DNA from: Guillardia theta CCMP2712
Lineage: Eukaryota; Protista; Cryptophyta
Direction of reading: 5' to 3'
DNA length: 64,000 nucleotides
Assembly: GCF_000315625.1 (NCBI RefSeq)
Contig: NW_005434673.1
Span: 634,911 to 698,910 of the forward strand
How positions within the stretch are numbered: the first letter of the stretch is position 1; each line of letters begins with the position of its first letter. The notes beneath the pieces are model-generated. The model saw only the letters and a program-made list of their open reading frames with translations, had not been told where the DNA came from and ran no database searches. Positions 12,603 through 25,400 of this stretch are shown piece after piece. The position numbers were made by a program, and so were the translations under genes.

Positions 12603-13565
12603 TCACTTGTTCCAACCTCGTAACTTGCAATGAACCGACGCAACGAACCACATGTAGTCGCCTTCCTTGCTGTAGGGGCTCTTCACAGCTCTATCGAGGA
12701 AATTCTGAGCAGCTGCAGGACGGCCCTGGGCCTCAGCAATCAAGCCAGCATACAGGTTGTAGTAGAACTTGGAGCGATCATCTTCACCCTGCCGCAAAGT
12801 TTTTAGACGAGACTAAAGATCGACGGGTTGACTTCACTTGTGACGGGCGAAGAATTCGGAGGATTCCTTGGTTCGAGGACGATTCGACTTGATCACTCAA
12901 AGCTTTCTCTTCCAACTCCTGGAGCGGAATGGCCCCTCTGCAAACACCGTAGATCAACTTCATGTACTCTCGTGTCTCTCCTTCCACTCTCAAGATTTGC
13001 TTCTGAGCATCTGAGAAACCAACGGCTGTCCTGGCCTGTGAGAAGAATCTCCAGATAGCTTCCTCGGTGTCTCTTGGATTGAGGCGTACATCTCTTTCAA
13101 ATTGTTCTGTGTATTGACGAATATCAGTTCTCCGTCAGCCCGCAACAACAGAAATATCTTACTTGAAGCTTCGTCAAATCGATCACAGTAGTACAAGCTC
13201 AAGCCCCTCTGCCATAGAATATCCGCATATGTCGAGTCAAGCTCAATTGCTCTATCAAAGGCCTCCACGCTTTCTTTGACTCTGCCGTTTACAAAGTCTT
13301 GAATTCCTTTCCTGTATTGGGTCCGAGCATCGTCAACTGCAGCAAATGCTTGCGTGTTGAACAATGTGACGAGGAGTCCAAACCCAACCAGCAAACCCCG
13401 CCTCGTCATGGAAGAATGCTGCGGGTTAGTTTGCATGTGAAGAATTTTAGTGCATGCGTGCCTGCTCGTACAAGTTGCTGCTCCGAGTGATTGAGCAGCT
13501 GAGGAAACGAAAAGACCACTCGGCGCAAACGAGCATGGTTGCTGGGAATATGAACTCAGAGACAT
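12603..13565 (-). CDS. NlpI-like TPR protein of the plant/cyanobacterial type, probably plastid (thylakoid lumen) targeted, multi-exon
   Basis: FDRAIELDSTYADILWQRGLSLYY, NPRDTEEAIWRFLSQAR, FYYNLYAGL, DYMWFVASVHCKLRGW; N-terminal SFAP and twin-arginine MTRRGLLVGFGLLVTLFNTQAFA. Confidence 0.75.
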
Positions 13566-14245
13566 TCAATCTGTGCAGTTCTGTGCCGAGCAAAGAGCGG
13601 GAGATGATCTTTCTTCGAGGAGAGCAACCTCAGAGCAAAGACTTGTTTCTCGCCTCTACGACCTGATGGACAGATTCTCTTCACTCAAGCTGAAATTGCA
13701 TTGCAAGCGCTGATGCAAGCGGGGATTCCTGCGAGGATCCTGTCAGGAAAAGTCCGCCTCACCCCAAGAAATAATGATCCGAAAAGGCATCAAAAAAACG
13801 TCTAGAAGAAAGAGAAAGACTAAAATCGCTGACCTCATTCACCCTCCTACTAGGGTAGTCCTCTGTGAGTGAATAGCCGCCGGCCAAGACACGAACCCCG
13901 GGGCCCATACGGAGGTCACGGGGTCAAGAGGTCACGAGGACAATGGATCACGTGGTCAATGAAAGACTTACAGACCATGTCAGCATCCTCGTGACGACTA
14001 CTTTTGTGTGGTAAAATTCAGTAGTAAATTGATCATGATCCTTGCGCCTTGCACAACTTCCCTTTTAAGGATTTCGCTTCCACCTCGCCCCTTGATCTCG
14101 TCGCCTCCTCGCACTCGCCCACGTTTCTTGCTCGCTGCTTCGGCTACCTCGTGCTGCCGGTTTCCTCCTGCCCTGCTCGTCTTCGTGCTCTCGTTCTCCT
14201 GTCCCGTCACAGAATCCTCCTCCTTCTCTTCTCATTTCGTATTCG

Positions 14246-14761
14246 ATGACTACTGATCTCCCCGAGCCCAAGAAGTTTCTTCGCCGATCAAAGCGCGCTC
14301 ACGCCCCTCTCAAGAAGCTGTTTGTTGACCCGACGTGCGGGAGAATAGGATGTCAAAGTTCTGAACAACCCAAATCAGCGAGGTCCGTGATGATGTGTCA
14401 TGAACAGCCCAAGGCCAGAGGGTCGTGGAAAAGCTCTTTCGTGCGCACATCCTCCTCGTCGTCGTCCTCCATTCGTAGGACGTCGTCTCTGTCAAGCATC
14501 TCATTGAAAGTCAGGCCAGGGCATTTCTTCAAACGGACGGAATCGCTGACCAGGTTGCGATCGGTCAACAGCAACATGCGATATATTCAGCGACATCAAC
14601 ATCACTCCTACGCCCCCCAAGAATGGTCCAAGATGTTCGAGACGCTTCAGAGCAACCTCCTGGGCACAGCCGGTATGGAGGAGGATAAGACTGTGTCGGT
14701 TGAACACCATGAAGTGTCTGCCATCGAAGATTTGTCGGCCATGCTGCGGTCGAAGATGTAG
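14246..14761 (+). CDS. Hypothetical Ser/Arg-rich protein
   Basis: 171-aa ATG-initiated ORF downstream of a GTCAC-rich intergenic region; no motif. Confidence 0.3.
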   Translation: MTTDLPEPKKFLRRSKRAHAPLKKLFVDPTCGRIGCQSSEQPKSARSVMMCHEQPKARGSWKSSFVRTSSSSSSSIRRTSSLSSISLKVRPGHFFKRTESLTRLRSVNSNMRYIQRHQHHSYAPQEWSKMFETLQSNLLGTAGMEEDKTVSVEHHEVSAIEDLSAMLRSKM

Positions 14762-14829
14762 GTTAGGTTGTATAGGGTTTTAATTCCTTGAGAAATGAAG
14801 AAGCTTTGACGGAAACGACCATCGTGACC

Positions 14830-16440
14830 TGGATGTGGTTGGATCTTGCTGAGAGGTCGGTGTCTCAGTCGCTGAAGACACTTTCCTAGAGTCTCGAGTG
14901 GCAATCTTGTCCGGGCAGATGGCTTCGCTCACGGACAGGAGTAGGTCGCGGTTACGTACATAGCCTTGAGTGTCGTCTTTCCTGCTGGGAGTGGAGCTTG
15001 CAGTTAGAGCCTGCGGCCAGACGTCAGTGAGGCCTGGAAGCTCAGAGGTGCGCGATTACGCTCTCTGTCCTCTTCGCCGAGGTGATCACGCCAGCTTCCA
15101 GCACCCTGTCCTCGAGAAGCAGCGATATGCTCCACTGGAAGCATGCTCATCCATGGAAGACTCACCGCTGTCTCACCTGTCGCAACGTGCCGTTCTTAGT
15201 GCAGGACCAGACGCTGACAGCGTCCTAAGAAGCGATGAGGAGCTTGAAACGCCGACAGTCAGCATAGTATACCTTGACCATGCAGAGGACCGAGGTTTTG
15301 TGCGCCTGTACAGACCGGAACAGTTCGATCCTATCGGCTACCACACTCCAAATGCGGAAGTGACCGTCTGAGTGGCCCGTCCACACCATGCCGCTGCTCC
15401 CCTTTCAGGCCTCACCCCAAGCGCCACCTCTTGCTCACCCTGCCTCGACCGCACACTTGACGGCCCCTGCTCCCGACGCCCATGACTGTCTGCTGCCATG
15501 AATGTCCCACACCTACTCGCGTCACCTCGTAGGAGCGAGAGGGAGCAGACGATCACCTGAACGGAGCCGTTCTTGTGCCCTGTCAGCACTCCCCCGTCGG
15601 GCAGGCGGAGCATGCAGGTCACGGCTCCTGATCCCCGTTCGAGCGCCCTCACCTCATTCGCATCATGCTCCTTGCTCCTCGTCAGCCCACGGCATCGCCT
15701 CCCTCCTCTCACCGGCGGGCTGGTCTTCGTCTTCCAGATATAAATCTCTCCGCTGTCGCTGCCGCTCCACATCTCACTCCCCACGAGCAGCAGGCATCGC
15801 ACGGCTCCTTCATGCCGACGTGATTTGGCGCTTCTCTGCTCCGACCTCTCGCTGGAGCTCTCCAGTGCCGTCCGCTGAGGGAGCACCCAGATGCTCCCCG
15901 ACGCAGTTCCCACCCAGACCTCGTCCTCCACCTGCACACGTCGTCACACGCACTCCCCTCCTTCCCCTCCTCTTCTCTCCTCCCCTCCTCACCTGAGCCA
16001 GGCAAAGAATCGGCGACCTGACGGCTGGCGCGAGCTCTAGCTCGCGCAGCACAGCCACGTTCTCAGCTCCCCAGATGCGAATCTTCCCGTCCGAGTGAGC
16101 CGTCCACACAAACCTCTGCTCACAACGAAGGCTCTGCATCCTTGATGCAGAGATCTGCGGAGGAGGGGAGGAGGGGAGAGGAAGGCAAAAGAGAAAAGTG
16201 CACATCAAGACAAGGGAGCAGAGAAGACAGAGTCAGGAGAGAAGGAAACAAAGAAAATCTACCTGGCTGCCATCTCCCCCGACCTCGAGGATGGCTCTAG
16301 TGACGCCGAAAGTGAGATGAACCGTCTGAAGCAGCCGACGCGCGTCCGCGTCGTAGATTCGCATCACTTTTGACCCACACCACAGCCGCCGATCCGTTCC
16401 CATGAAGATACATCTCATTTCCGACCTGTTCGGCCAGTTA
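14830..16440 (-). CDS. WD40-repeat exons, probably the C-terminus of the adjacent MAP3K
   Basis: VWTAHSDGKIRIW, VWVGTASGSIWV, HEGAVRCLLLVGSEMWSGSDSGEIYIW, VTCMLRLPDGGVLTGHKNGSVQ. Confidence 0.7.
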
Positions 16441-19400
16441 CTATCCTCCCGCTCCGTCCCTCGCTCCCTCTTCTCTCCTGCTCCCCTCTCTGCCTCCCTC
16501 GCCACCTCCCTGCTGCTCTGCCATAGTTGATAAGCTGGTTCTTACCTATCACCGCGTAGGATACGGCGAGACCACAGAGGAGGCTCGTTGTTGAGAGCTT
16601 CGATAGGTGCAAGGTGCTGAAGGGCTCAGTAAGTGAGCCGCCTGACAGGGAAGAAGAGCAGGAACAACAGGAGGGGGAGGTGGAGGAGAAGAAGGGGGAG
16701 AAGGATAAGGAGGAGACCTTCTGCAACTTGTTCATCACATGCGCGAGCTCGGCCTCATGTGCCTCGAACTCGGCTGTGGTGGAGCGAGTGAACAGCCAGG
16801 ACCACAACCTGCTGAAGCCCCTCCTCCCCTGCCGTCGAAGGACCTCCAGGCTGTTCTCAAGGCTGTCCCTATAGGGCAGTGAGCCTTCCCCTCTCCTCTC
16901 CGACCTCCCCTGATGTCACCTCATGTCCATCACCGAGTGACGTAGAGAGTCACTGTCTGTGCTCTCCTGCGTTGCAGTCAACATCTCCAACGGTCATTCG
17001 CTTCCTCGTCATATCTCTTCATCCCTCTGACTTCAATCTTTCTTCCTCTGCTCTTCTCTCGACCCTTCTGAATGACGACTCCTTCCCATCGACGTCTCTT
17101 GCTCTCCTCGTCTTCTAGTCCTCGTTGCTCCTCTTTCTCACCTGCTTGAGCAGTTTCTCCAGAGGGATCTTCGCTCTTCTCATCTTCTGCGACAGGCTGA
17201 AGCATTTTTGTCGATTGGAGTTGACGCTCTGCACGAGGCTGTGGGCCTGCGAGGAGGATGAGGAGGAGCGAGAAAACGCTGCTGCTGACCTGCTCGATAA
17301 TGCCCAGGGCCTGCTGTACGTCCCTCACCACATGCTCAGCCAGCGAGTGTTTCGCTCCTCCCACGTTGTTTGCGCTTTCTCCTAGCCCTGTTACAGCTGG
17401 GAAGGACTTGTCGGGGTGGACTTCCTCGTCGTCTGCATGATGGTGAGGACGGTTGCTCGCAGTGAGGTGTGGTGACCTTCACTGCTGTCCTCAGACATGC
17501 TCTCCTCCTCCTTGTCGCTCTCCTTCCTTCCACCCGTCCTGCCTGGCGCCATCTCTGCTCTCGGCTCCAATGCAGTCTGCATTGCCTGAGCATCTTGGTC
17601 ATCGCCACGACCCTTCGCTGGCCTTCTGCGAAACGAAGTTTTGACATCTCCGAGCGAGATGGCGGAGGGATCTAGCGAGTTGAGTGAGTTGGAGCAGAGA
17701 GAGGAAGAGAAGGCGAGGAGGAAAGGAGAAACAACAAGTGCAGACACGAGAGCAGCAGGTGCAGTCAGTTGTGGCAGAGGAACATCATTCAACCGGATCC
17801 TGCGCCTCCCAGCCGTTGCTTCTGGTCCAGCACAGCCTAGTGGAGGTTCAAGTCATCACGGGCCTGGAGGAAGCAAGGCTGACCTCTTCTACTAGCCGAT
17901 GCTTCAGCAGCTCGTCGACGCTTGGCCGCTTAGAAGGATCTCTCGCAAAGCAAGCATCGAGAAAATCTGAGCAGTCTTTGGACACCCAAGCCTACGCACA
18001 ATCATCACCTCCTCTCCACATACAACCCCTTGCTGACCCGTCCACTACACCTCCTTTCTCTATCCTCCGCTCTCCTCCCCCATCCCCATCCGCTCTCCAC
18101 TCCTATCCTCTCCTTTGTTCCAATCTCATGCCTCGTTGTTCTTACCGGAGTTCGAGGACGCGCTGAGTCGCGCATCGCGACATGGAACATGACAGCTTCG
18201 TTGGTGCTGAACTCAGGCCTACAACCCCTCAGCCTCGTTCTCCTCCAGCTGACCCTCACCAAGGTCGTTGTCCCGTGCACATCTCGACGACAGTGCAGCC
18301 TACGGACCAGACGTCTGCCTTCTCAGAGTAGCCGCGACCCTGCTGGGAGATGAGAAGCAATGCAGAAGAAGAGGAAAAGGAGCAGAGAACAGGAGAGGTT
18401 GGGCAGAGCAGAAGAGCAGAAGAAGGGAGCGGGGCAGGGGGGCAAGGAGGGGAAGGGGAGAAGAGGAGAGGAGGGGGGGGGAGGAGGAGCAGAACGCTCA
18501 TGTCTCCTCACCTGATTTCTCAAAACCTCCGGCGCCATGAACTGTGGAGTTCCTCTGCGAGTCAAAGCTATCAACCATCTTTTGGCAGAAGCAAACAGGA
18601 AGACAAGGGAGTAGAAGAAAGGGAGCAGAGATACTTGAGAGTTGTCGTCAATGCAACTTCTCCGTAGAGCTCTTTACTGCAACCGAAGTCCGACAGCTTG
18701 CATATCCCGGCATGATCAACGAGGATGTTCTGTCCTTTGATGTCTCGATGTAGAATCTTGTTCGCATGAAGGTATTGCAGACCCTGATGAACAGCTTGAG
18801 ATCGTGAAGAGGAGCGGGTCATGTATGAACCACAATGTAAACCAAAGTGAGGGGGTCGCGAAAGCTCATCACCTGCAGTATTTCTCGGGTGTATCCTCGT
18901 ACGATCGGCTCTTTGAACTTCCCGTACTTGCTGAGCATGGAAGTGATCGACCCTCCAGGCACCTTGCGACGAGATAAGCAACGCCCACACCCTCCCTCCC
19001 CTCCCCGTCTCCCTCCTCCATCCCCCCTTCCTCCTCCTGCTTCTCCCCACGTCTCCTCCTTACAAGTTCGAGGAATATCGTGAGCTCCTTGGCCGTTCGC
19101 TCGGTTCCAAGGTACTGGTAGGGGAGGACAGACGTCAGGCTGCATCTTCAACCCCAGCGAGCACCTGGACGATGTTGGGATGCCATAGCTTTTTCATCAC
19201 CTCCACCTCTCGCTCTATCTCTGCCTGCGCTGCCTGAGCTCGCTCATCCTCTCCCTTGCGCAAGGGAACAATCTTCGCCGCACAGATCGTCCCGTCGTCG
19301 TTGAGACACTCGTACACGCGGCCATAGCCTCCTTCTCCAAGGAGCTCTCCTCTTGTCCAAGGCATTGCAAAAGGCTTCCCGCTAAGGCGAGGAAGGAAGT

Positions 19401-19530
19401 GAGAGGGGGTACCTGCGACGATCAGCTTCTCCTCGCCCTCCTCGCCCTCCTCCTCGCCCTCCTCCTCGCCCTCCTCCTCGCCCTCCTCCGTCGTCCCGCC
19501 CCGCCTCCATATCTCAGAGTTGCTGTCGTC
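16441..19530 (-). CDS. STE11/NPK1-type MAP kinase kinase kinase, multi-exon
   Basis: [101 protein letters not shown]. Confidence 0.88.
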
Positions 19531-19932
19531 CTCAAATTGCGGGCCTGAGGCAGCAACAAGGATCTAGTGAGCTAATAGGAGAATCAAAGAAAGACAGCAA
19601 AAAGAGAACAAACATGGTGAGACGATGCGAAAGAGGGAGCGAGGGAGCGAGGGAGCGAGGGAGGGAGGGACGGAGGGAGCGAGGGAGGGAGGGAGGGAGA
19701 GAGAGAAGGGAGAGAAGGGAGAAAGGTGAGTTGAGCATGAGCTTGCTCAGGGGAGTTGGTTTGGAGGGATTCAGATGGTCTTGTCATCGATTCTTCTCCT
19801 CCCTCTCAATGTGCTCTCTATTCTTGTTCCTTTTGTCTTGGACGTCTTCCTAGCAAGGTCAGCAGGCTGACATGCCTCTCGTCGTCTGACACCCTCATTA
19901 GCGTTGGATGTTACAAGAACCTCGCCGACAAG

Positions 19933-22088
19933 ATGAAGACCGACCTTGACAGCAGCATCGTTGAGGCTGACTCCTTGATAAGCGTCATCGTCCCGGTGAT
20001 TGTGAGAGCTCTTGTCGCTGGAGATCTCACAGGAGCTTGCAAGGCGTACAGGGAGGTAGACTCGGCTGTTAGAGCCATCCGACATGCCCGCGCTGTTGCT
20101 GACGATGCATCGAACATTGAGTTTGTGAGCATAACAGCCTGCATGACAGGAATCCTGACTTGCCTGCCAGGTTGTCGCAGCAGCAGATGATGAAACTTTT
20201 GATAAGTTGGTGATACACTATAACAAGAATGACAACAACAATGATAACAATAACAACAACATGTCTTCAGTTTCGTTGGTCAAGTGAGAGGTTTTGCGAG
20301 CTCATGCGTTTTCTCAGATGCGTGCAGGAGTCAATGTGGTCGGTCAGCTGCTCTCAATGCAGGAGCGAGAAACGCCCGAGGAGAAGTCTTGCTATTCTTG
20401 CATGCAGATTGTTTGCTTCCAAGGTTTTGCAACATCCCCTTCCTCCTTCTCTCCGCAACAATTCCTCTTTCCCTTCCTCAACATTTTTCTCTCCCACCTT
20501 CTCCCCTCACCCCCTCATTCTCTTCCCCTCACCCCTCATTCTGCTACCATCTCCTTCTCTCGTGGCTGAAACAATGTGAAGCCGGTGGGACATGGAGGCT
20601 CGAAGATCTTTGCGGAAGAGAAGCACCATAGCCGGCGCCTTCTCCTTCGACGTGGACTGCGAAGGTCTGGACCCTCCGACGGGACTTGAAGGGATGAAGG
20701 AGATGGCGCGGATCCGAAGCAAGTACCTGCAGCTTCCTTACGGCGATCAGGTGGAGCAGGAAAAAGAGAAAGGGGGCGGGCAGGGGTGGGGGGAGGGAGG
20801 GAGGGAGGGAGGGAGGGAGGGAGGGAGGGAGGGCTGGAGGGAGGGAGGGAGGGAGGGAGGGAGGGAGGGAGGGAGGGGGGGGGGGAGGGAGGGTGATAAG
20901 CTTTGTTTCAGGCTTCAACGGCTACTGGTCTCCTCGGCTATTCTGCGTCCCTTCCTCAATCTTTCCATACACTCGGGCGCTCTGGATGTCGCTTGGATTT
21001 ACGACCAACGAGGACGAGGTCCGCAAAGGCATCCCCTACTGCATCAAGGAATGAATCGAGCGCCGAGAGGATCTCTTTGTCACAGGGAGTCTGGGAACAC
21101 GGTACGTGACCGTGAAGACGTTCCAAAACGCTTCGGGTGCCGGGTTGAGGTAGNNNNNNNNNNNNNNNNNNNNNNNNNNNNNNNNNNNNNNNNNNNNNNN
21201 NNNNNNNNNNNNNNNNNNNNNNNNNNNNNNNNNNNNNNNNNNNNNNNNNNNNNACTGCCCGTCTTGCCGGGTGACCTCTGACGTGGCACTCGCGCCCGGC
21301 ACGCTCGTCTTCCTGTTTCTTGAGTAAGGCCACTTGCTAAGGCCAAGAGCCTTGCACGCGTTCTTGAGGGCGGTCAGAGAAATCCCCTGCACAGCTCCGT
21401 CATGAACAAGCGCGAGGGAGGGAGAGAGGGGATAGAGGGAGGGAGAGAGAGAGGGATAGAGGGATAGAGGGATAGAGGGATAGAGGGAGGGAGGAGGAGG
21501 GAGGGAGGGAGGGAGGGAGGGAGGGAGGGAGGGAGGGAGGGAGGGAGGGAGGGAGGGAGGGAGGGTGGGAGGGAGGGAGGGAGGGTGATAAGCAGTGGCA
21601 GGCGCTCTTCATCTCGCGCTGTCGCTTTTGGTCATTGAGAGGCTTTCCCGACATGCCCCTCATGGAGGTCGCTCGATTTGTGTATGTGGCGGTGACGCTC
21701 AGCAGGATTATGCGCTTGTTACGTCGCTGCGCCGCATCTGCCTGCATGAAACGCTGAGGAAACTTGGAAGTGTCATGGCCATCTCGATGCATGAAAGTTG
21801 AAGGTCAGGTGCTGGAACCCCATGCGCATCGACATCTTGCAAGCCAAGACCAAGTGCTCAGTTCGTCGATGGCGATCCAAGGTGAACAATCTGAAGATGA
21901 GCTCATCAGGCTCATGTGTCAACAGGGAGTTGCAACAGTCACGCTAGTCAATCAGGTCGCTTGTTGTGCCTCCTTTCACTCCCTTTACGCTCCTCAAGAT
22001 CGTGGTGATCATGTACTTTTACTTTTGGATCAGCCCTCCCACGTTGTACGCCCTGTACTATGGTAGAAGACTACCAGATAAAGTCTGA
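19933..22088 (+). CDS. GT2 glycosyltransferase (rSAM/selenodomain-associated transferase 2-like), multi-exon
   Basis: Spliced motifs ISVIVP/AYRE, GRSAALNAGARNARGEVLLFLHADCLLP, AGAFSF, LPYGDQ/ALFISR..GFPDMPLME/DYALV, SVRRWRSK/GV, ending LYALYYGRRLPDKV-TGA at 22086-22088. Confidence 0.85.
20956..21386 (-). pseudogene. RWP-RK domain exon lying antisense inside the GT2 intron, spanning a gap
   Basis: After an acceptor gtgcag: GISLTALKNACKALGLSKWPYSR, matching the RWP-RK core (GxxxTxLKxxCRxxGIxRWPxR). Confidence 0.7.
21154..21253. other. Assembly gap (100 N)
   Basis: N run. Confidence 1.
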
Positions 22089-22468
22089 CGTGAATGTACT
22101 ATGGTAGAAGACGAACAGATAAAGTGAATGTACTATGGTAGAAGACGAACAGATAAAGTGAATGTACTATGGTAGAAGACGAACAGATAAAGTGAATGTA
22201 CTATGGTAGAAGACGAACAGATAAAGTGAATGTACTATGGTAGAAGACGAACAGATAAAGTGAATGTACTATGGTAGAAGACGAACAGATAAAGTGAATG
22301 TACTATGGTAGAAGACGAACAGATAAAGTGAATGTACTATGGTAGAAGACGAACAGATAAAGTGAATGTACTATGGCAGAAGACGAACAGATAAAGTGAA
22401 AAATGTACTATGGTAGAAGACTAACAGATAAAGTGAATGTACTATGGTAGAAGACGAACAGCCAAAGT
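22054..22468. repeat. 34-bp minisatellite (GTGAATGTACTATGGTAGAAGACGAACAGATAAA), about 12 copies
   Basis: Head-to-tail near-identical units with no spacers. Confidence 0.97.
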
Positions 22469-25400
22469 CTAACTTGAAGTCTGCGTGTCCTGCGAGCCGA
22501 GCAGCATGGAGGAGCGCATATAATCGCCGTCCACCTCAGTCATCCATGAACTTGACACGTTTCCTTGGCTCGGGAGAGAGCCATGGGGAGACGTTGATGG
22601 ATTTGCCTTGACAGATACAAGCGAAGAACGAGGAGACTGCGTGGAGATGTGATAGAGAGAAGGCATAGTTTGACGCGTCGCAGCTGCGCTTCTGGTTGCT
22701 TCATCATCCTTGCAGATCAGTTCTTCTGTGTAGCTCTTGCTCTGCTGCATCAACCCGACTTGCGTTCTTGTGCTCTCCTCGCTCGATACTCTTTCTGTAT
22801 GCTTGGCCGGCAACTCCAGAGGCACATCGCCACGTGTGAGGGCGACGACCTGTCGCTGATAGCTCTGCTTCATGGTCTCGAAGTTTGACAGACAGCGAGC
22901 AACCTCCATCCAGCTTGCGGTAGAAGCGACGTCATGCGTGAGCTCATCCGTCTTGTGCTCTAACGTCTGCATACCAGCGGCAAGAGCTTGGAAGTGCTTG
23001 CTCAACTTCTCTCGTCCCAACCGAATCGTCTCTTCTCTGACCGCACGATCAAGAAGAGTCTTCTCCTCTTGCCTTGCTTTGATTAGTTGCACGTCTCGTC
23101 TTTGATCTGAGATCTGCCTCTCTGCCATCTGTTTGTCCAGCAACAGGTGCTGGGCTCGTTGCCGGAGGAGGTTGACTTGACTGTCCATGCGGTCCCAAAG
23201 GTCCTGATGCTCGCGGGTGGAGGCGTCGAGGTACTCGATCCTCGCGAGCTCGCGGTAGAAGAGCTCGGCGAGCTCGATGTCAAGCTCTTCGACGCTCTGA
23301 TGCACCCGAACGATGTCCTTCTTGGTCGCTTCCAGGTGCTGCAGCAGATTTCTTGCCGCCATGATGGCTGAGTCTCTTTCCTGACAAGCCTCAGTTACCT
23401 TGCTCGACAGGTGCTCCAGCATCTCATCCGATCTCGCCGTGTCTCTTTGTTTGCTCTCGAGACTGATCTTGAGCTCCTCGATTCTTCTCTTTCGGTCTTC
23501 GACTTCTCCCTGGAGCCTTCTACACTTATCAGACTCTCGTGAACTACTCGCACACTCCTCAACTTGCGCTTGCATTTTGTTCATCTCGGATTCCAAGGCA
23601 GCCACTTTCTCCCGCAGTTTGACTCCACTGACTTGCATCATCGAAGTTCGTTCAATCCACTTACGTTGGTTCTCCTGCAGATCAGCTTCTTTTCTCTGAA
23701 TTTCTTCATGCAAAGCAAGCAGGTTGGTAGATGTTTCCCGCTGCAAACACAGATGTCAATTCTGAATAGCGCTCGTCCAAGGAATTACAATTTTGAGTTG
23801 TGAATTCTTGGATTCAGCTTCCAAGGTCATGATAACACTTTCGTTTTCCTTACAGACATTCCTGATGTTCTCTAATCTTCTGCACACTTCAAGTCGTTCA
23901 CTTTCAGCAGACTGCAACTGGAAAACAAGGTCTGAATATGAGCTTTCTTGAGATCTGAACTGCGAGAGCGTGTCTTGTCCTTTGGATTGATTTCGTTTCG
24001 ACTGTAGCTTATTCATTAAAACACCTATTTCCTTTTCAAGGGAATCCTTTTTATCTTGATGGAGAATACCGTCAGAATGGATAGGAGTCTTCAAAGCATG
24101 TCACGATGGAGATGTGACTAACCTGATGTGTTTTCGTTTCCTGGCGAATCCAAGAAATGTCTCGAGCTCTCGATCTTGTGCATGACGTGGAGTCGGTGCT
24201 CATTTTCCTGCTTGACTTGAGCATCTAGACCTTCACAGACCTGCTGCTCGTTCTCCACCCTGCGCATGACCTGAAAGAGCAGAGCGAATGATTGAAGAGC
24301 AGGATGACGCGCGCGGACCTGACTGAGAGAAACTTCTATTCGCGTGAGAGCCTCATGGTGTTTTCTTGTCTGCTTGTGAAACATGAGACAAGGATGTTCT
24401 CCTACGTCTCTGACCTTCTCTTTTCCTGCTCCTTCTCTCGCAATCCTTTGCAGCTCATCTCTCAGAGCGGTCTATGTCAACAAGTCACGACATGACACTG
24501 AGCGTCACATCCCCTGGACCTGGTAAGACTTCTGCTCGACGATCAGGTTGCTGGTCATCTTGATCTCATTCTGTGCGGTGCTATGCCTTATCTGACAAGT
24601 TTTTGACGCCAAGTCATGTTATCTTTCAATCGCTGCCAACAATGTTCACCTCTAGGCTTTGCAACTCTTGGGATGCAGACAGCTTGCTCTGACAGTCAGA
24701 GGAAGGATGTGAGTGACATGGCAAGAGAGATCATGTTGGGGAACTTCACATTGTCAATCATAGAGCGGATTTCTTCCATCTCTCTCTCGATATCCCTTAA
24801 AGCTGTTCGCAGACCCTAACAGCAACGTTCATTCCCACCATCGGTGAAAGATCAAATATCACATTGAGCTTGGATAGACCGTTTCTGTTATCGATCTCTA
24901 AAAACAAAAGAGCATCTCCGCGGATCAATTCAGTCTTGTACTGCACTAGAAAGCAGCAACAATATTGACAACTGTTCACGTAATGTTTGAAGCGTAAGTG
25001 AGCAAACCTTGGGATTGCTTTCTCTTGAGCGTCAAGACAACTCTAGTCCCTCGAGGTCCGACTATCATCGTCTGAAGCTGCAATGCAAGAATGTCAGAAG
25101 TTGAGAGAAACATGATGCAACACGCATCACCAGCGCCAACTTGATCCCTCTTGTACTCTTTCCATCTACCTCTACAAGGATGTCGCCTTCCTGTGGTGAC
25201 GTGTGAGCCCAGGCCTGCTTTGTTGTGCTGACCTGAATGACTCCGTCTCTCTCAGCTGCTCCCCCGCGATTCAGACTCATCACTTGCAACTGATCATGTA
25301 CATGTGAGGTCCTTGAACCGTCACACAGAGCGACTGCTGAGCACCTCTCTGGAGCTGTTGTACTGGATCTTCATTCCTATGCCGCTTCCTGTGCATGCAC

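Noticed and set aside
17690-17792. Transmembrane helix in the MAP3K linker ([17 protein letters not shown])
   Set aside because: Much of it falls in a pyrimidine-rich stretch that looks intronic
22054-22468. CRISPR array (34-bp repeats)
   Set aside because: Units are contiguous with no unique spacers, there are no cas genes, and the first unit is coding sequence
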